A stretch of DNA of 64,000 nt from Botryllus schlosseri (taxonomy: Eukaryota): contig CM119371.1 of the NCBI GenBank assembly GCA_051294905.1, positions 15,936,001 through 16,000,000 on the forward strand. The letters run 5' to 3'. The position numbers and the translations under genes are program-made. Below are positions 37,035 through 49,200 of this stretch, one piece after another. The notes under the pieces were generated by a model. That model worked only from the letters and a program-made list of their open reading frames with translations, did no database searches and had not been told where the DNA came from. How positions within the stretch are numbered: position 1 is the first letter of the stretch; every line of letters begins with the position of its first letter.

Positions 37035-37706
37035 GGTTGGCTACACTCGAGTTAAAATTCGTGATTGCCATATAGTGCCGTATGGATTAGGAACCCCCCT
37101 CGCCACGTTTCAACAGAACCATAATCATTAACACGAGGATGTCATTGTTAAAGATTAGTAATGCTCGTGAAAACTATGTCAATATCGTAATATTCTGCAA
37201 TGCACGCCTTGGAAAGAGAATGACCTCAATTTCCAATTTCAAATATAAGCCGGGAACACACAGCTCGCGGCATTGATGCTAATCAATACCGTCGCATCAT
37301 AATAAATATGGATCTACAGCGTTATTTACGTAAATGCGATAAGCGCGCATCCGAATGGGAACAGATGTTTCCGCATATCCTGCGGCGCAAGTTCCACTTA
37401 TCTGAAGCAATCCACGATACACTTGGTCGCACGATTCGGATAGAACAATTATGAGATATAACCTCGTCAAAACCATCTTATAATTTGACTTTAAAGTGAG
37501 CGATCGCGAAACCCTCTCCCGTTAAAATGGTCTCCAGAACTATTCATCTGTCTGATGCCATGGCGGGTGAATTCATTTCATGTCCAATTAGCCGTAATAG
37601 TATACGTCAATATAACAACAATTATTCTATAATATTGAATTTGAAATAGACCTACTATTCTATCGTTAATACTGCAGCGGAAAACATTCCGTCGTGCTAA
37701 TACAGT
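37035..37706 (+). repeat. Dispersed duplicated segment A, copy 2
   Basis: Colinear with 15067-15743. Confidence 0.9.
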
Positions 37707-37724
37707 AGCATTGATTTAGAAGAA

Positions 37725-37932
37725 ATTGCTTGTATTTCGACTTGAATGCGGACATGCTCAAAGACTGTCGGATAGCCGGCGAGATGGTTTTCCACAATTG
37801 GGGTCCGGCATACTTGAAAGAGCAATGCGTTTTTTTTTATTCAGTCCTGATCATATGGTAGTTGTTCTTCGTTGATGCGCGTGTGCTGTACTTGTGCGCT
37901 TTTGTCTCCGAGGCGAAGTAGTCGTTGAAATT
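37725..37932 (-). mobile_element. CR1/L2-group LINE C-terminal fragment
   Basis: Nucleotide similarity to 57538-57740 and 29878-29971 (KYAGP..W..IPPAI motif). Confidence 0.75.
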
Positions 37933-37986
37933 TGAGTCTGATGAGTAGGAGTCCGCGGCTACGCCTTCTTCGCCTTCTTCTAATAT

Positions 37987-38186
37987 ACAATTTATTATTC
38001 TTAGTGCACCGTAAGAATATTGACAGACTGGCGTGGATGCTATTTTGATATTACGAAAACATGCGTGGATGCTATTTTGATATTACGAAAGCATGCATTG
38101 TGAAATATTATGATAGAAATACAGTTTTCATTAGCATCTACCGTTGACAATGACACCATTGCGGCACTAATTACGGACATGGGCCC
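37987..38186 (+). repeat. Dispersed duplicated segment B, copy 2 (with an internal ~32-bp tandem duplication)
   Basis: Similar to 29703-29868. GCGTGGATGCTATTTTGATATTACGAAA occurs twice at ~38031-38090. Confidence 0.85.
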
Positions 38187-40377
38187 TTGGACCCGTTTAA
38201 ATGTGTTGAGAAGTTTCTTCTATTCCATACGGCATAGTATAGCAATCGCGCATTCTAGCTGATGGGTGGATGATAACAACTCCATAGCGACCAAAATCGT
38301 CAGATAGAACAACGCAATTTTTATGGATGTGGACGCAGATATAGAAATTGTCACTAAGCTTCAATATAGTCAGGTTTTGTATCTTACTCAATTTCTTTCG
38401 AGCAACCGTTTGGCAGTATGACGATCGTTGAGATATGGTGATGAAAATATGTAACTAATGACGGAATGGGTAAGACCTGGCGATCGTGTGACCTGCTAGC
38501 CAGACGCAGCCCGCTATGCGATTCTGAACGGCATGCGAAAAGCACCTAGGGATTTAGACCGGTGGCTCTCAACCGCCGGTCCGCGACGACTTTTCTGCCG
38601 GTCCGCGAGGTATATCAAGATTTTATATCTGAATTTCAAGATGCATAATGTTGAAAGCTTGTCCAATGGTTTAATTAATAAAACGTCATATTTTAAACTG
38701 ATGCAGAATTTCCTGAGGTAGACCCGGAAACATGTTCGATTTGATGTAAAGTTCAAGTTGTCTCTGGTGACGCCATGCGAGCGACTCGCTAAGTACGAGC
38801 TGAGTCTCTAAATCGCGCAGTTCGTACGACCATTCGTTCTCGATTCATTAATTTTGTGGATGGCCAGGTATCGTTGTTTCCAGGTTTTTCGTGCGTAGCA
38901 TTGTACTCGCAGTAGGCCCCGTCTGGTAGTGGTGGGAAATAAGCAAGATAGCTCGAAAAGGTGCTTGGTCCTACTCCAAAACGCTTCATCGCTGGATATT
39001 GCCAAATAGAAGAATATTATTCCACTTTGCGATGTCGGTTTATCCAAGGCCTTCGTGGCCTTCGCGGCCACTTTGGCTGAGAAAGGATAAATATTTCGTA
39101 GTGATATGTGAATTTAAGAAAATAATGAGGAAATTGATTCGTGAATTTGAAAAAAATCGCGACCATAAACGTCCACGTCATTATTCATAACATGACCACA
39201 TTGTAGCGATTGCGTATAATAAGACGATATGAAAAGTAGATTAGTTCGGAGTTCACCAGAGATGGACAGTTTTAACATGGGTATTTGGTGTCCAGTTAGT
39301 TCATTGTCATGGAATGCGGCCGTATACCATATAAGTCAGGGGGGCCAACCTGCGGCGGAAGAAGGAAATTTGTGCAGCCGTTGACACGTAATGCAATTAG
39401 TATGTGTTTCCAGCCGTCGACATGCAATTTGAATTTACTAATTGACTCCCAATTTATTTATAGATTTCAATAAATTTAGACATTTTGTTCACGCTGCGCG
39501 CGATTCAAGGATACTTCGTTTTTCAATTTTGATCTAGTAGGGCCCTTTGCAATTAGAGCCCCACTTTACCGATTCGAACATCAAAGGAAAATGATGCACC
39601 CCATATAGAAATACGACTCGGAATCGTGTACTCTTCACTATACCGACAATCCTGATGGGAGGCCAAAATTAACAGCATGCAACAAAGTGACTAATAACAA
39701 TTGGCCCACCCGAAAATGCATCATCATTTATAACTTGCCCTAAATTTTCGAAAACACCCCTTCCATCAACTGTACCGGTGAATCTGATCACATCCATGGG
39801 CTAAGAAAGGATAAATGTTGGATAGTGATATGGAAAACTACTAATATTATTCACAAAATTCAAAAGTAAATCCTAAAATTTTCGCGCTTTGCGCGACATT
39901 GTCCAGACCCAGATCATGACCCGTGACCACTCGCGATTTCGGTGCGTATAGCAAGCCTGTATGACTAAATAGATAAGTCTGAAGTTCAGCAGAAATGAAC
40001 ATAGACACTATAACATGGGCATTTGCAAGTCACAAAATCACGGTGACGGCAATGGCAAGTGAAAATCCACAATCAGACTTTTAAATCCTGGATGGTGGCG
40101 ATCGGCGTTAAGAAAATGAAAAGGCAAAGCGGTGCAGCAGTTTGGAGAATACTATATTATACCTCGTCGAGGAAGCTGAGTTAAGTCTTGTAGTAATCTT
40201 ATGGAGGCCTGGTCTGTTATCGTAGCTGATAGTATAGGCTACAAGCACAAAGTTGACTATAAATGTACTCTGAACGAGAACAGTGTATTCTACCAATTTC
40301 GAACTTCACGTAAGAGTACATCAGAGGTCCACGTTTCACACCCATCCCTGTTAGTGAGAATGAGAATGAGTCTAAAT

Positions 40378-40890
40378 CAGGGGTCACCAACATTTTTGTA
40401 ACCGAGGGCTACTTTTGCGTAATGATTGAAGCGGCGGGCTACTATTTACTCCCGCCATTTACCCGTATCACACTGAATTTCCGATTTGATATTCATAGCA
40501 CTGGACAGGACTGGATAGGACATCATGGTATCTGTTTCTATAGCAGTCAGTGGAAAGCCTGACATTGTATGATATCAACTAATGCGCTGTACTCTGGTAT
40601 GTAACTTTTGACACTGCAATTCTGAGTGAGTGTTCCAGATGTGCATCAATTAAGCGTGTTTTCCGTTTGTTTTTGATAAAGTTCATATCCGAAAAGGCTG
40701 ATTCACAACGATAAGTTGAACGATAGACGCTTGCAACCTGCATAGCTGCTGCGCATACACCACTGTACTTTTACGTATCAACAAGGCACCAGACGTTTGC
40801 TGCAGACTGAGGTGGGGGTCATTTTGGAGTGCTACAATTTCAATCTCCAACTGTTCAGCATCCAGAAATGACAAGACTTCATTATACCGG
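40378..40890 (-). mobile_element. hAT (Buster/Charlie-type) end with transposase C-terminal remnant
   Basis: Terminus CAGGGGTCACCAAC. The minus strand gives STYRCESAFSDMNFIKNKRKTRLIDAHLEHSLRIAV..CQAFH* with stops and frameshifts. Partner end not found. Confidence 0.85.
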
Positions 40891-41230
40891 ACAGCAGCAA
40901 CGATTACAGAAAGTTAGAAACATGGTATATTAAACTGCGTTGAGTGCAACAGAAACAAACAAGCTGTGTCAAAAGATGCGATACGTAATGGTATACAGAT
41001 ATTCAGAATCTGCTAGTAGGCCTACTTCACGGCTATCTGACTCCGAATAGTAATATTGTTCACTACTTTGGCATTGTCCTGGACGTCGCTATGATCAAAG
41101 CAAATACGCTATACCTTGATACTTAATCATCGTGCCTCATTACATCAGTCATCATCATCATATTAATCAGTTCATCGCCAATTTTATCTAACCACAAGAT
41201 ATAGTCTACAATACATGTACAACGTACATT

Positions 41231-42954
41231 CAATGGTATAGCCAGAAATAAATATTGGAGGGGGACAAAAAGGTAAAAAAGGTAAAAAAGGTAAAAGACC
41301 CCCTTTCAAAGATCTCGAAAAACCTATTATCATTGGCTCTTATTGGTTGATAAACCTAACTTGTAGGGTAACTTTTTATCCACATTTATAATGTTTGGAG
41401 AACAATTTTTCAAAGTTAATGGATGAATTTGGTCGATAATATTGTTACTCGCAATGGTCTTGGAGATCACATAGGGACTCGTCCCCTATACCTCCCATGT
41501 CACGGCTTCTCGAAAGCCCGATTTCATTGTCATGTAGGCACATGGTGTATCGCTTATGATGCGAAGCACGAATAAATTTACTAATTCATGACTAAATGTT
41601 GTTAATAATATGAGTAATTGCATATCATAAAATTACCCACGTGATCAGATTTACCGGTATGGCTAAGGGAGGGGAGGTCTTCGACAGTTTAGGGCACGTT
41701 AATGATAGGCATTTACAATTCAATAATTATAACAAATATACGAGGTGTTGTCTATAATTAATCAGTTGGATGTTGTTATTTCGTGACCTCCGGCTAATAT
41801 ATGGTTAAAAGATATTGGAATCGCACTACTATGCCAGACTAAACAATAAGAAGAACCTCTTTTGTGAGACATACGCGATTCCTAGTTGACATTTCATCAC
41901 GGGGTGTGGTATTTACTCAGATTGCAGAGACAGGACTATTGGGTGCCGACCATTTACACACGTATATGAACAACTGACGATTGGACAGCGGATATACACA
42001 TATATATATTTACGGCGCCGAAATGCCTATTTTTATTTAATAAACTAAATCATTTTTTTTTCTAGGAGATGGGGCACTCTTAATAAAATCAAGTCATAGA
42101 AGTAACGCGATAATAAAATCACGCTATGCGCGAGGAAAAATTTCAAGTTTAGTGGTTTCAATAAAAAAATGTTTGTTACCAAATAATTTCGTGCCCCTAG
42201 TAAAACTCCCCCCAATGGGGTTGCAGCTGGAGGGATTTCAGAGATTAAGGAGGCACGCAACTATTTGTCTTGAGCTATTATCTTCATACAACACGGTAAG
42301 ACTATTCATGAGTTTCCGAAGGGTAGGCGTCGGGCGGGTCACTTGTAATTACTTACTTGGTTGAAGCATGCTGTTTTTGGTGACCTCCGGAAAAAGTTGT
42401 CGCCACTCAAAAGATCGCTCACACGTACCACAGCTAATTAAAGGAGGAATTTGGCCTTCGATAAGATGCGCACGATTCCCAATTTTCATTTATTCATGGG
42501 GTGCAATATTTATTACCTCTGCTCGCTGCATTTGTATCACTGGAGTCGAATTACAATGACAAGGCCATTCCGAGCCGATCATCGCGGGCAAGCCTCTAAC
42601 GTCGGCGATCGACGTGGGATCGCACTTCGTGTTTGCTAAAACCTATCAGCCTCGGTGTGCCTGTTGGCGACAAAAAGCCGATGCCCAATAGTCCCGCAAC
42701 CGCTGACCGCACACACGACTACAGTTAAATTCAAAATCTGTACATAATGCGTATTTTATTCAGGCCTATTTTTTATTCTGATTTATCAAGAGGCGGGCAT
42801 CCGACAATAAAAAACTACTGAATCTATACATCGGGCGATGAAAAATTTAAAGTTGAATACATACGCTGAAAAATACTAAACTAAACTTCATATTAATTTA
42901 CGAAAAATGGGGGGGGGGCATAGCCCACTTTCGCCACTCCTGATTATGCCAGTG
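41231..42954. mobile_element. Old non-autonomous hAT-like element (Tip100-type termini)
   Basis: Imperfect TIR CAATGGTATAGCCAG / CTGATTATGCCAGTG, G-run subterminal motifs, TSD cgtacatt / tgtacatt (7/8). Confidence 0.65.
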
Positions 42955-43962
42955 TGTACATTGTACAATGATCCATAAACGTCGATTCGGTCCAATGGCG
43001 TCACAAACATTACGCGGCGCTCCAATCTATCAGAACATCGTCGACTTCAAGCGTCCCTGCTGTTTGATACCTTTTTCGTCACTGAGTATCCTCACTATGA
43101 ATATTTCCAGGCTAATTATTGGGTAGTTCTAGTTATAGTTATGGTTGGGGATTTTGAACATTGAGTAGTTCTAGTTCTAGTTGCAGATTTTGAAAAGTGA
43201 GTTTTGAAAATCCCGTAGTTTCTACAAGTCTGGACACATATCGGGCAATTCAACAAATTTCGAGGATGTGGTCTAAAGTAGCATTTCACGAAGACTGATG
43301 TCAAGTTCATTTCCAATGGCTGCGATTTGACTATTATTGAAAATCAACATAGATTGCCAGCATAGTCAGATTACTTACTGTGATAGATCTTGAGATTCAA
43401 ATACTGATAGTTTCAGTCCGGGAGCAGAGTCATGCGTCCAGCACGTCGACAGCGCAAAAGATAGTAAATGGGATTGGAACCATATCACTTTACAAAACTG
43501 CATCTGCTATCGTCTCTTGTTCAGTAAGATTCAATAGTAGACATGACAACAATAGAGATACACATTTCATAAACATAATGGCAATGTTGCCGCAGTGTTA
43601 TTGTATGGTACTTGGCCACGCTGCAAACGAAGTCTTCAAAAATACCTGAATAAAGCACCGGCCAACGCCATCAATACCGTAATCTAACGTATTTGTTACG
43701 CGATGTGCCGCGCACGTCCATGTCGCCAGCACTACGAAGCGTGTCGCGCGGGCCGCAACTCTTCCCCGGTGATTTCCAGCCCATCAAGCTGCATTGTTCC
43801 AACCTCAGTCCCTTGCGCTCCCGCGAAAATATACAGCCTGTCGCCTACGTGGACAGTAGTGACGTGGTGGCATTGAATTTCGCGACCTCGTAATATCTGC
43901 CAATGTCTCGTCCAGGTATTATGGAATTCGACGGTACGCGAACGGCCTCCCATGGCGTACAC

Positions 43963-46246
43963 TAGGGTTGTTCAGAATTGATCGACTTTCAAAATGTCGT
44001 GGTTTTCAGTCCGATTCCCATGCCTTATACCATAAAAACATATTCTAGGTACTTTTTTTCGTAATTCATCCCTTGCATCCGTGTGCACATTGAGCTGGAA
44101 GAATATCGGCTAAAAATAGGGGATTCCCCTAAAATTTGAGTGTCGCTATTCGGACTAGGCTAGTAAAACGTCATATATAAGCTGGTTTTATGTAGCTATT
44201 GCGGTTGGAGTGCTACATAGCCTCACTATAGAAAGTATTGTCAGTTCAGGACACCATTTTCATATCCCACACTGCCTTAGAACTGCTCAAAACTGCCTAA
44301 GACTGATAGTGAGATAGTCATTTTGTTGGATCACCTATCCTACACTCCTCAACCCTACCCGAGATTGTTCATCAATTGCCGGGATCACCACGTGCAAGAA
44401 TACAACTGTAAATGTATCATTCACTCACAGCCACATTATAAACATCACATTGTTCAAAGGAAACGAAACAAAAAGGCAAAGAAACAGATCAACTTGGCAC
44501 ATTGCATTGCACTGGGATGCAAAGCTCACTAGAAGTCGTTTCGGAGGGAAATTTCAGGCCTTGGCAGTGCTAGCATAGTCTGCGCATTCCAACGCATTTG
44601 AGAAAGGCAAACTTCTTGGCAATCGAACTCTGGAGAGTGCTACAGGAAAAGCACAGGCTGATCTGTCATTTGAACTGCTGGAACTTTATAATTTAACAAA
44701 TAATGTCAGAGCTCTTGTGTTTGACACAACACCCTCAAACAATGGAAAAAATAAAGGTGCGGTTCTGTTACTTGAAGAATTGATAAACAGGAAAGTTTTC
44801 TACTTCTGCTTGTCGCCATCATATTTGTGAACTAGTCATCCGGGGAGGTCTGGAAGTGAAGTGTGTTTGGATCTGCGACCACAGGCCCTGAAAACACAGA
44901 TTTTAATACCTTCCAAGAGGTGGAAAGATATTGATCAATTAAGAAGCTCTAAAACACTTCAGTTTGATGAATGCAGCTGGTTGGCGATCAAAGCTGATGA
45001 AGCTAAACAAGAAATAATTCCACTGATGAAGCCATATAATGGAAAGCAGAAAGAAGTCTTGATAATAAATGACTACAGAGAATGTGCAACAGGCACCTTG
45101 GCGATTGTAGCTGCCCAATATATTGATAATCGTTTTCGCAGGCCTGGTGCTACTAATAGCACTGGATGGATGAATCAAGTGCTGTACTGTCCAAAATGTT
45201 CATGTGGAGAGAGCAAATGGGCTATTCTGAAGAGTTCATTAGAAAGTTGCCCTGTTTTATGTCCCAGCTTGGTTGAAAACTGGTAATGCATGTGACGCAC
45301 AGTATATTGATCTCAAATTCCTTCATGGCATGACAGACTTTTCATTGTGCGATTTCACAGTTGCTGATGTGGCATATAAAAAGATGCGAGAACATCATTG
45401 GCATCTCACCGAGGAAACGGTGGTATCAACAATGTTCTCGGCTAAACCAAAGATTCCTGACAAAGTGAAGGAAGCGATGGCTGCTAAATTGCTGCAAATG
45501 CCAATCCTTGAACAATTTCGCAGAGGTAGGCTATACCTCTGAGTCTAATCTCTGACTCTGTCTCTGAGTCAATGATTATGGTTGCTTTAATTGAACCGGA
45601 ATCATGGTTTCTATTCAATGCTATACATGTCGAACATGATTGGTTTAGTCTTCCAGTTTCGGAATGGCATACTGATTCGCATTTCGTGACTGCTCAAGAA
45701 TTTGTGAGTAGCGTTGAAATAGTTAACGGCGCAGCAGAGCGTTATTTGTTTCGTTTCCTTTGAACAATGTGATGTTTATAATGTGGCTGTGAGTGAATGA
45801 TACATTTACAGTTGTATTCTTACACGTGGTAATCCCGGCAATTGATGAACAATCCCGGTTAGGGTTGAGGAGTGTAGGATAGGTGATCCAACAAAATGAC
45901 TATCAGTCTTAGGCAGTTTTGAGGAGTTCTAAGGCAGTGTGGGACATGGAAATGGTGTCCTGAACTGACAATACTTTCTATAGTGAGGTTATGTAGCACT
46001 CCAACCGCAATAGCTACATAAAACCAGCTTATATATGACGTTTTACTAGCCTAGTCCGAATAGCGACACTCAAATTTTAGGGGAATCCCCTATTTTTAGC
46101 CGATATTCTTCCAGCTCAATGTGCACACGGATGCAAGGGATGAATTACGAAAAAAAGTACCTAGAATATGTTTTTATGGTATAAGGCATGGGAATCGGAC
46201 TGAAAACCACGACATTTTGAAAGTCTATCAATTCTGAACAACCCTA
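43963..46246 (+). mobile_element. hATm-like DNA transposon with ~500-bp TIRs
   Basis: 43963-~44473 is a near-perfect inverted copy of ~45745-46246 (termini TAGGGTTGTTCAG / CTGAACAACCCTA), with a transposase core in between. Confidence 0.92.
44490..45741 (+). pseudogene. hATm-type transposase catalytic core, degenerate
   Basis: LHWDAKL, ATGKAQA, LVFDTTPSNNG, ACRHHICELV, NDYRE, RPGA...WM, HHWHLTEETV, IVNGAAER. Several frameshifts and stops. N- and C-termini absent. Confidence 0.85.
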
Positions 46247-49200
46247 CGTATCCACCGTGCTGAATTGCAGCACCGTCCGCTCTGCCCACGACCATGGAAT
46301 TGAAAGCACTGTAGTTCCTTCCCTTCAATTTCAAAGTTGCTACAGTCCTCTTTTCTGTTGCATCGCCTCCTGTCAGTTCGATTCCCCCCAAAACGTAGAC
46401 TATCGTAGGTAATCCCAAAACGAAGAAGCCCTCCGTAAATTCCAAGGCCGAATGGTACACTTCATGCGCATTCCCCGACCCAATATCCACTATTACAGTG
46501 AGGCTAACGGTGACCATAATCACCCATCGTCCGGCACACACGACTCTGCTGTAATCCGGGACGAATAGGTGTCCGTTTTCCATTTGGTGAAGAGGCTTCC
46601 ATCCTGCCTTCGAAAATGAATGCAGAGACACACCGTCGCCAACGTAGACTACCCCGTTATGTTCCGCGACGGATTGATGACGACGAATTGCGGCCGGCAA
46701 CATGCCCACTTCTGTCCACTTCTCGCCGCGCAAATCGTATCGAGACACCGATCTCGTTAATTCGTTAATGTACGTTAAGTGAGTCGGTGACGTGATTCGT
46801 TCTTTCACTCTAGGCAACTTGCCGGCGACAAATCGCCGGACGTATTGCAGACTTTTAATAGAGCCGTCAATGATATTCTTGGTACATATATGTTTCGTAA
46901 CAAAATCCCTGGGAAGTAGCCTACTTGTAGATTGATCTTCTGAAACAAGTCGTGAAACCTAGTTTCTCTTTTCTTTAGATCGGCGTTCGTCCATGCCACC
47001 AGCCCAGTCCATTTCAACATTTCTATCGCGCAGGCTGAATCTCGCATCAAATCGTAACAGTAGTTAACTATCTCATAGTCGAACGATTTGAAATCGTCAG
47101 ATCTCACGACTTCTTTCAGATGACCATCGAGAAATTCCTCGATCGGCGCATTTAGGAGTGTCTTGTTATAAAGACACGACACGGTGATCACTTCAGCGAA
47201 ATTGTTCAGATCGATGTTTTCAGCCAGAAATTCCGCACAGAGGTCGGACAGTTTGGGCAACTGCAGCATTTCTGCAGCATCGATCAGGCCTCTTGCGGTC
47301 GTCATGGAGAGCCCCACAGATCCCGAGTAAATGAAATCGATGCATTGTTTAGCGACCTCGGGTTGCATTGCCGGGAAGTTTACAATTCCGGTCTCGGCTT
47401 CGTGCGTGTCCGTCAGTAACATGCGTCTGAAATATTCTGTCGATGCAGTCAACACGCATTTATGTGCCGCAACTTGGAAATCTCCGCATTTTATCGTTAT
47501 GTCGCAAAAATCACCGTTGGATTTCAGATTGGACAGCAAATTACAGTTGTGCGATGGACACTTCTTGTAGACGAGCACCATCGTTTTGTGGTAATATATG
47601 AATATCGTAAAACTGTAAAAAGACAATGACATGGTGTGAATCTTATCAAGCCGTCCACTACAACGGTACTGTTAAACCAATAAGTCTGCGACTTCACTTT
47701 TGACTATCCTAAGATCCCTGATTTGGGCTGCCCCATCGCGAAAACTAATACCCGGTACGCATAGTTTTCGCATTTTATCAACCACCTTATATTGTCTGAA
47801 AAATACTCAATTTCAAAGTTTTTTTTAAAGTAATTTAGACCATGTAGGATTCAAATATTAATGACGAAGTAATGCCACGTAGGTCCCCCTTGACGTCAGC
47901 TTTTTCGGGATATTTTACTTTTTAATTTTCGTGTAGACAAAATTCCACCAGAACTATTTGAAATTAATGTTACGCATAACTGATTCCGCAACGTATTGGA
48001 CGCTAAACCTGGTCCTGACCAGAGCTATGGTTTCGGAGTCGGAGTTTTGCTCATTTTTTATTTAATCGAGCCGAAGTTTTTTTAAGCACGCCTTGGAATC
48101 GGAGTCGGAATCGTGAAAAGAATACTGTCTAGAGACGGGATCGGAGTTCTCCTGCATGGCTCCAACAAGTGCTTTCAAAGATCTCATAAATTATTAATGC
48201 TAAATAAAATAGGATTTTTATGTACCAGCAATCACTGTTATTAGTCACGATATTGATGAAATTGGTCATTTATTGCAAACTGCAATTTAATTGCATAGAG
48301 CAGTGCTTCTCAACAGGGGTTCCTCGAAGCATTTACAAGGGGTCTGCGAAAGCTCTAAATTGAGAAATGGTGGATAACCTAATTTGTATTTCCTTAAACT
48401 AAGGAATTCACGCGGCCGTTTCGCTTCTTCGCGGGGTTGTAACCAAGTCACTGGTCAATCTCTCTTTTATATAGTTGTGACTCTAGTCAAGTCGAGTTAT
48501 TCTCAATTCACCACCGAGTCAATTCCGATCCAAGTCAAAGTCAGTGAGTAGAGTAGAGGGTCGAGTCCAAGTCATAGCGTTGTGATTCGAGTCCAAGTCA
48601 TCGTGCTCACTGTCCAGTTTTGAGTTCGTTCCGGTTCAACCGACATAGTTTGTGAAGATGTACGGATCGCATTTTTTAGATCCTGATCCAATCCTATTTC
48701 TTTGCACATCAGTCCTGATCCCGCCGCAATCGCACATTTCAATACCAGTGTCCAAAAATAATCCTACGTATTAAAACCTGCTTCCTAATCCATATGCCAT
48801 TACCATTAGTACGGTATGCGGTTGAAACTATATATGCCTATTGCCATTGTGATCACAGGAAAAACAAAGATCAACATAAACTGAAGGCAGAATGAACGTC
48901 AAAATAATAGTAGCCTGCATGGTTGAAAAAAGAAAGTAATTCTGTATCGAGCACAAAAGTATAGTCATCACGATTCACAAGTCTGCATCTTGAGATAACA
49001 TAGCTGTATGGCAGTGGACCTTAGCGGGGGGTCCGCAAAGCGTTTTCAGGAGGTCCACGAAACCTCTAAATTTGCAAAATGACTGACAACGCAATCTGTA
49101 ACATTTTTAGATACGGGAAAGCACGAGGCAGTGTCGCTTCAAAACTCATTCCTCATTTATGGCTCATTGTAATTGGACACTAATCGACCGTGACAGACAT

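Larger units (their letters stand above)
43671..47581 (-). pseudogene. BTB-BACK-Kelch pseudogene, paralogue of 17414-18997
   Basis: ORFs 46805-47632, 46161-46817 and 43732-43962 align in order with the 527-aa protein. Lesions: 5-bp insertion at 46920-46924, 2.3-kb transposon at 43963-46246, 7-bp insertion at 43733-43739. Likely ATG at 47581. Confidence 0.92.

Noticed and set aside
37938..37966. Hammerhead ribozyme (CTGATGA-GTAG...CTAC)
   Set aside because: The stem is followed by GCC instead of the required GAAA. A similar near-miss occurs on the minus strand at ~4070-4096.
47582..47632. Listed ORF start MSLSFYSF for Kelch paralogue 2
   Set aside because: It spans a polypyrimidine/acceptor-like tract. 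Alignment with paralogue 1 favours the ATG at 47581.
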